Positions 57,299 through 64,000 of a stretch of DNA of 64,000 nt are shown here, in pieces; position 1 is the first letter of the stretch, and each line of letters starts with the position of its first letter. Where the stretch lies: contig CM119266.1 of NCBI GenBank assembly GCA_051294375.1, positions 9,556,538-9,620,537 on the forward strand, in the 5' to 3' direction. The position numbers were made by a program, and so were the translations under genes. The stretch is from Paraspadella gotoi (Eukaryota; Animalia; Chaetognatha). The notes beneath the pieces were generated by a model. It searched no databases, was not told where the DNA came from, and saw only the letters and a program-made list of their open reading frames with translations.

Positions 57299-57510
57299 TT
57301 TGTTTTTGTTTATTTACGAAACAATAACGAACCAATTAATTTAACAAGTGCCTAAGAAAACAAATGGATGAACCATAGCGTTCACTATATTGCAATAACT
57401 TTAAGGTCGAAAACAAAAACTAAAAGAAAATCGCTGAAATTTTATATAGTTTTCTCATTTTTTTATTTTTCTTCTACGAAATCGAATCAAGAGTCTTTCG
57501 AAGCGTTCCT

Positions 57511-58086
57511 CTACGTCCGGGGCGTGCGCCAATTCGACTGGGTAGGCTGCTGTACGACCTGTATGGAAAACGGAAGCAAAGGTTTCAATGCCATTAGCAT
57601 CTGTGGATTACAGTGAACATCTTATCAAGACTAATCCACACATGCCTGTAAGTTGGAGATGCCCGTCATGTCGAGAGACTTCAACATCTCTTTGGTGTCG
57701 GCGTCCACCTCGATCACGTCCATCGCGTCGATGTACGAGATCTCGGGGACGTAGTTGTCGCGGCGCTCGCGCTCTTCCTCCTGGAGTTTGATGGAGATAC
57801 CTGGGATCGAAAAAGGGGTGGGGAGGAGAAGGTGAGGCGATCGTTTTCAACCGGAACTTCTCTCTTGGGCGCTTTAATACTCACCCCGAACGGGTCCCCT
57901 CTGAATACGCTTCATAAGGTGAGTCGTGAAGCCGGCGATCTGGTTGCGGAGGCGCTTGCTGGGGATGATGGCGACCTCCTCGGCGATGCGTTTGTTGGTG
58001 TGAAAGTCGGAGCCCAGGCGCGTGTAGTACTTCTCAACGATCACGCGCGCCGCCTTCTTCACGGTTTTGGTGCGAACTCGACCCAT
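57511..58086 (-). CDS. RPS17: 40S ribosomal protein S17 (eS17)
   Basis: [29 protein letters not shown]. The second intron has a GC donor (CAG|GCATGT). Confidence 0.98.
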
Positions 58087-58235
58087 TTTTTTATTTTTTC
58101 GATTTCTCAAGAAGAAAAAAACTTAAACCTGGAAATATATATTAAAAGAGTAACTAAATAAGGCGCTTTGGATGACGATAAAAATAATGGGTAGGAGACA
58201 AATACGGAAAAAAAATGTTAACAAATATAAAAAAA

Positions 58236-58692
58236 TCATTCTAAATAAAGTTTTCTGTTGATGGATGAAAGATCGATATCCGCGATTGGTGGGATGGCGC
58301 TTTCCGGGAGTTCGTCAGCTGGTCTCGGCAAATGACAGGCGCCGTCCGTAATAGTTTGGATGGAGTCGAAGGGCGCCGTGTGGAAGAGGCTAAACCCGAC
58401 GAGGACAACGGGAATCGCGAAAAACGCCATCGCTGCGGGAACGAAAATGAAAGTCTACATTTGACAAAAAATAACTCGGGGATCAAATCGAACTAAGCGC
58501 GAGATACGCACTGAGAAATATCGGAGCGGAAATGGCCCAATGTTTCTGCGGCCAATACGTTAGTCCCACTGCATGAAGATACTCGTCGGGAACGAGAGAC
58601 CAAACGAGATAAATGATGATGAAAATGCTGCTGAACAAGTAAAGCACGAAACCATAGATGGCTCTCTCCGGATCCGGAGATGGGGAGGACAT
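58236..58692 (-). CDS. PIGP: GPI-GlcNAc transferase subunit P
   Basis: PSPDPERAIYGF, LTYWPQKHWAI, TITD, IPPIADIDLS.IN.KLY. Confidence 0.93.
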
Positions 58693-58704
58693 TGTCGCTT
58701 TAAT

Positions 58705-59436
58705 TCACTCTCGCTTCCGCAAATCGTTCCCGGTTTCAGTCGGCCCTAGGGTTTCGAGTTCTTCCTCGCTCCGCGCGCGCGGATGCTGTTGCTGCGGCTG
58801 CTGCTGAGGCTCCTCGCCTTCGGAGAACTGCAGCAGGCGAAACTTGGTGAGCTGATGTCGCACCAGCGATCGATTGGCCACGTAGCCGAAAATCAACTGC
58901 GCCGCGAGAAAAGCGAGAAGGACGAAATTGAGGGCGCGCTCAAAGGGCAAGAGCAAGAAGCGATCGTAGAAAGTGTAAAAGCCGAGGACGGGGATTTGTA
59001 TCAACGTGAGCAGCCAAAAGCCGGATAGTTCCGGAACCTTTTCCGTCAAGTTGCCGAGATAACCGAGATAGAGACGACCGATTTCCAAGAAGGAATAAGC
59101 CAGTAGAATAGTGGACAACAGAATTTTGTAAATAAGTTCGACTCTTAAGAAAAGAAAAATCAGTTACGATATAGTTAGACAATAGACATAGATATGGTAT
59201 AGATATGGTATTATGGAAACAATAAAACTTATTAATGACAATAACCTATTAAATTTGAGCGCAACGACGAAGCCTGTGCAGATAAACCAGAGAGGAAGGT
59301 AGCAAACGTTGAAAAATAATGACATCTGCAGAGGAAGGCTGCTCATGTACCGACTTTGTGTCAAGCCGAAATCCCTGCGATCTTTGCTGTCTTCCGTCAA
59401 GGTTTTCACGCCTGAACCACGAAACTTTTGAAACAT
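58705..59436 (-). CDS. TMEM17: Transmembrane protein 17 (ciliary transition-zone family)
   Basis: SSLPLQMSLFFN, RLYLGYLGNLTEKVPELSGFWLLT, LPFER. Confidence 0.9.
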
Positions 59437-59747
59437 AAAAAATATAGCAGTTTAAAAGACTGAAACCTCAAGAACGAGTTTTAACCGGGAAAAAGCGGGT
59501 CAAGTGAGGCGACGACGTCTCGTTTGGCTTGACGAAACCTAGCGGTGGACGTGATCGTAGCCATAGAGCGAGTTCATCGTTAATGATAATGTTTCTTTCT
59601 AAAAGTCAACAAGTAACAAATAAGCAAATATGTCAGGATGTATGTATATCAAATTAAAGACCATCCTCTGGTCACAACGGGAAACCCTTGTAAAAATGGG
59701 TAAAAATTATCGCGATAAAATTATGGAGAGTTTTTTTATTTTCAAGT

Positions 59748-61086
59748 TTATTTTGGTTTCGTTTCCTGATCGGTGACGCGTCGGATGAAAATGGCGTCCT
59801 CCGGATGTTGCTTGTCGTCTTCCGCTTCGTCCTCGTACATGTAAGAACTGCGGGTAACGATAAATTTTCATAAAGCGGCGACGCCTACGCAAAATGATTC
59901 AAAAGTTAACGGAAATCGTACCTAGCAATGGCCAAGACGGCGCCGTCGTGACTGAAGGCCAAAGAAGCTATGGACGTGGGATATCTGTGGAATTGGCACA
60001 ATCGCTTTTTGTTGAAACCGTCCCAGATGTTCACGAGGCCGTCGGAACCACCGGTAGCGAACGTGTTGTATTGGTTGTGGAATGCTGGAAAAAGAGCGAG
60101 ATGGTTAAGACTGGTAATAAAAACTTAAGACTAACGCATATGTAAGTGATTACCGATAGCGTTAACGGGATAAATTAACTCCGTTCCGTTTTCTTTTATC
60201 CGATGACATTTAAATGCGTATTTTTTCTTTTGAACCTCCGGCGACGGATCGAAATACTCTACGGCGACTCTTCCTAAGACCGAAATAAAAAAGTCATCAA
60301 ATATAAAAATGCAAACAATCCATATCAATAATTATCATTAATACCTTCGATGGACGAGAGAACGTATCCCTGCTTGCTGGGGAACCCACGAATGCAGCGA
60401 ATCTGGTACTTGAGAGAGGATTCGCGTTTTTGCTGGACTGAGCTCATGGAACGGATGTCCCAAATCCAGACTTTTCGACCGGCGGTTCCCACGACCAGTT
60501 TCTCACCGGAAACCGTCATCGCGTAAACACGGTCCGGCTGCTGATATGTTCCCACGCACGAACCTGATCGGGGATCCCAGATCTTCACCGAAGAATCCCA
60601 ACTGCCTATAAGAGGAGAGGAGTTTTAAGTAAATATACGAATTCAACATAGCACATGCAGCAGAAACGATTGGCACCCGTGGCAATGACGTTCCCATCGG
60701 AACAATATTCCACGCAACGAATCGGCGCACGGTGACTTCCGATAGTCGTCTCGTGTCCAGCGTTGAAGTCGTACATCTTTAGGTTGTTGTCACAGTCGCC
60801 GCTGTAGGCGTGAACGGCGTCGTGAAAACAGCAGTCGAGGACGGGTGCCGAATGCCTTTTTCAGAGTAAAAATTGAAAATCACATACGACACGAACTGAA
60901 CGGGCTCGATCCCATGACCTACTTGTACTGCATCCTCATCGTGTTGGCGTTGATGTCGTAGAGTCGGACCGAGGAATCCCATGACGAGACCAAGAGGTAC
61001 TGCGAGGAGTTGGGGGAGAACTGCAACGAAGTTATGCCGTCTGTCGGGGGCTGCCCGATCTTAAACTCGTTCAAATTCTCCGTCAT
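59748..61086 (-). CDS. BUB3: Mitotic checkpoint WD40 protein BUB3
   Basis: [49 protein letters not shown]. Confidence 0.96.
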
Positions 61087-61377
61087 CTTATAGTTTTGAG
61101 AATATTATTTTTTGGAGAGTAGATCGTCTGATTAGTTGAAACTTTTCCCTGGAAGCAAAAAATGGCAATCGTTTCAAAATAAACGAATACAATTTTTTTT
61201 TTGTTTAGGACAGGTAAAAAACAGAAACGCCCATAGAAACTCTTATGTTCAATGTTTTAATTTCTTTTTTTTTAATGTTTTAATTCCTCTTATTTTCTTT
61301 CTAGAGACACGAAAAACGGCGAGGGAATGAACCGGCGGCGCACGAATAACGACGACGACGACGAGCGTTTCTCATCG

Positions 61378-62136
61378 TTAATCCTCGTCTTCTTCCTCGT
61401 CTTCCTCGTTGTTTATCTGGAAGTAACGAAGCTCGTAGGAATCTTTGGCCGAGGCGACGACGCGCAGCCAGTCCCGAAGGTTGTTCTTCTTCAGGTACTG
61501 CGAGGTAAAAAGAAAAAAAAATAATAGTCGAGACCGAAAAAAATTAGTAAAGAAAAAAACATTTCATTTCTTGGAGGCCAGAGGTTCCAAAAGTTTGAAC
61601 TTACTCTTTTGGTGAGGTACTTGAGGTACCGTTTCGAAAAGGCGACGTCAGCGGTCACGATGATCTTGGCCTTGTTTTTTTCGATGAGGACGCTGTTCCC
61701 AAGGTTCCCCGTTTTTCCGTTCACCTTAAATTTAAAGGTCGATTTGAGAGATTATCTCTGCGAATAAGAATAATTTACGCCAGCAAAGAAATCGGAAGTC
61801 CCGTGGAAAAGGTTTTAAAAGAAAAAGATGCTTCGAAGAAAACAGCTTTCTTTTTGTTCACGATGTGAATCTCTCACAAACAACAAGGAATAAAATTCGA
61901 CCTTTCACCCTAAAAAAGGCTTACATGCAAAAATTATTTTTACTTTCGAGGTATGAATAAACTTACGACAGTCGCACCTTAATTCTTTCGTGAAGGTATT
62001 TCTCAAAGTTTCCCGCGTCCAAAATCCCATCTTCGACGGGTTGAGTGCAGTTGAGGATAAATTTATGCGTGATTTTTTTCTTGCTTCCGCCTTTTGCTTT
62101 ACCCTTGGCCGCCGTTTTCTTTCCAGCGATCACCAT
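61378..62136 (-). CDS. RPL22: 60S ribosomal protein L22 (eL22)
   Basis: [47 protein letters not shown]. Confidence 0.97.
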
Positions 62137-62237
62137 TTTACAGGGTTTTTTCTTCTTTAAAAATTAAAACTTTAACAATCTGAAAAATAAAACAATATAA
62201 CGAATCACAGTAATCTTACGGTAAAACGGACAGTTTA

Positions 62238-63042
62238 CTAATCGTCGCCGAGGTCGGGGTCTTTCTCTCCCGAGTCACTATCGTCGCGTTTAGTATCGGT
62301 GACGTCTACATGTTCGATTGTTTCGAAGGAACCATCGTTGGACCACACGGCCATCACGTGGATCTTAAACTCGGCCATCTGGCGTCCGAGCAACTTAAGC
62401 ACGCGTGCTTGTTCTGGTTTAAGAACGTCGCCGTTTGTGCAAACTTTGTGCTCCTTTGTCAGCGTCACCACGCCACGTTCGAGCTTGGTGGGCAAGCCCA
62501 GCCCGCGCAGTTGAGGCTCCATTGAGTGTGAAAATCCTTCCATGGGCCCGGCGGGAATCGTGACGTCCTCTTCGGCCAAGCAGCCAGTCCGAGCGAAATC
62601 CAAATCAGAGTAAGAGTCGAACCACGATACGACATCGTCCTTGGTAGAATTGGTGAAGAGCAACCCGCGTTGACCTTTGAGGCATCCGCTTACGCGGTGT
62701 AAACCGTCTTTGTATTCTTCCTCATCGGAATTGCCTAAAAACAATTGTGGTTTTTAAAGGTTTTTAAAGGGATTTATTTATATACTTTTTAAGCGGGAAA
62801 TAGACCTTACCCAACGCTAAAGCCATAACTTTGTTTTTCCCGAAGAAGAATTTGCTGTGACGCCATTCTTCGCGAACTTCCTTCAGTTTATTATTTCGCA
62901 TATTTTCCACTCTGACGACGAAGACTCGGGCGTATTTGTCCGCCGCATCTCTCACTTTTTTCACGACCTCCTGCTTCAATTCGAGCCCCTTTTTCGACGT
63001 TCTCGTCAGGGAGATCGTTTTTTCCCTTTTTGACTTGGGCAT
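62238..63042 (-). CDS. MRTO4: mRNA turnover protein 4 homolog (ribosome assembly factor)
   Basis: MPKSKR, NMRNNKLK, FFFGKNKVM, GLLFTN, HSMEPQLR.LGLPT. Confidence 0.96.
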
Positions 63043-63298
63043 GGCTATAAAATAACCCTTTGAGTCTTAGAAAAAGAATCACAAGGGTAACTGAAAAGAA
63101 AAAGACCCATCAAAAACAATGCGAAGAAACAAACGTTACAAAATATATAACAAACGTCACAGTCGAAAAAAACACTAATGAATTATCTATGAAGTTTCCT
63201 TTCGAGCAGAAAGAAATGGAATGAGGGTGAGAAAAAAGAGGGAGGAACGATAGCGAAACGTCAAAACGTCGCTAAAAAGGAATTTCTGAGAAAAGCAG

Positions 63299-63953
63299 TT
63301 AGTCGGACTCTTCGATGATCTCGTCGTCCGAATCCGAGGCGCTTTCATCGAGATCCGAGGACAAATAGTACTGAAGAGGATTGGACCAGAGATCTTCTTT
63401 GATGGCCTGAACAAACGGAGTAAAGGTAGAATAAGGAATCGAAGAGTTTTTTTCCACTGTCGTCAACCAGGCTAAAAAGGTAAACGAACTTCGGCGATGT
63501 CGTCGTTGGAGGGATCATTGTTCTCCGCGAACCACGAGAAAAAGGATCGGTGGCTGACGGAGTTGCGTTTTTGCCCGACTCTATTCTGGATCGCTTTTTG
63601 CTTTTTGCAAAGATCGACGCCCGGAAGCCACTTGAAAGTGCACAAAATTAATACATTAATAGATAATTTCATGGAACAATACAGTTGCATAGTATAAAAA
63701 CATACAGAACCAAACAATGAAAATTGGCTTTATACATCTGGAGTTAAATCGCTTAAACAACGACATCGTTATTTCACAATAACCAGTTAACTAACTCTCT
63801 CCTCTAATAAATTATTTTCCATATTTTTCGTTAGGCCTTTCATAATTTGCAATAGAAGATAATAACCCTCACTAATCGATGCGAATGACCTCGGGTTGTG
63901 GGCAGCTCACAATTTTCGCCCGACGGACGGATGTTGACTTCGCGTTTAATTAT
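63299..63953 (-). CDS. SET/TAF-I/TSPY-like NAP-family histone chaperone, 3' exons (5' part outside the window)
   Basis: W.PG.DL, SFFSWF, DDIAEAIKEDLWSNPLQYY, acidic tail. Confidence 0.85.
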
Positions 63954-64000
63954 CTGTTGGTTCGAGAGAAGAGGAACGATAACACGAAGAGAAAGGAAAT

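Overview
This is eukaryotic DNA from an invertebrate animal, judging by the dachs myosin, NCoR, GTSF1 and ELAV genes. It is very gene-dense, with mostly 50-270 nt spliceosomal introns. About 24 conserved genes lie head-to-tail on the minus strand in two long co-directional arrays. Array A (28441 down to at least 7859) is ALG10, ABCF3, DDX55, ELAV-like 1, ELAV-like 2, RPL9, RPL8, NAP1L, KNOP1, GTSF1, HIBCH. Array B (from beyond 64000 down to about 33760) is SET-like, MRTO4, RPL22, BUB3, TMEM17, PIGP, RPS17, LAS1, a FLYWCH protein, dachs, CHK1, POLR2B, NCoR. Most stop-to-start gaps are 100-360 nt and one is only 12 nt. Most start codons are preceded by a 3' splice-acceptor-like site, often with no evident donor. 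This is the layout expected of unusually large operons resolved by spliced-leader trans-splicing, but that is an inference and no SL RNA gene was recognised in the window. RNF11, on the plus strand, separates the arrays. The AT-rich first 7.8 kb appears to be a large HIBCH intron. It contains plus-strand nested ORFs, a TRIM-like mini LTR element, Helentron/DINE-1-like (HINE) elements and a minisatellite. Exon boundaries were read by eye and are approximate.
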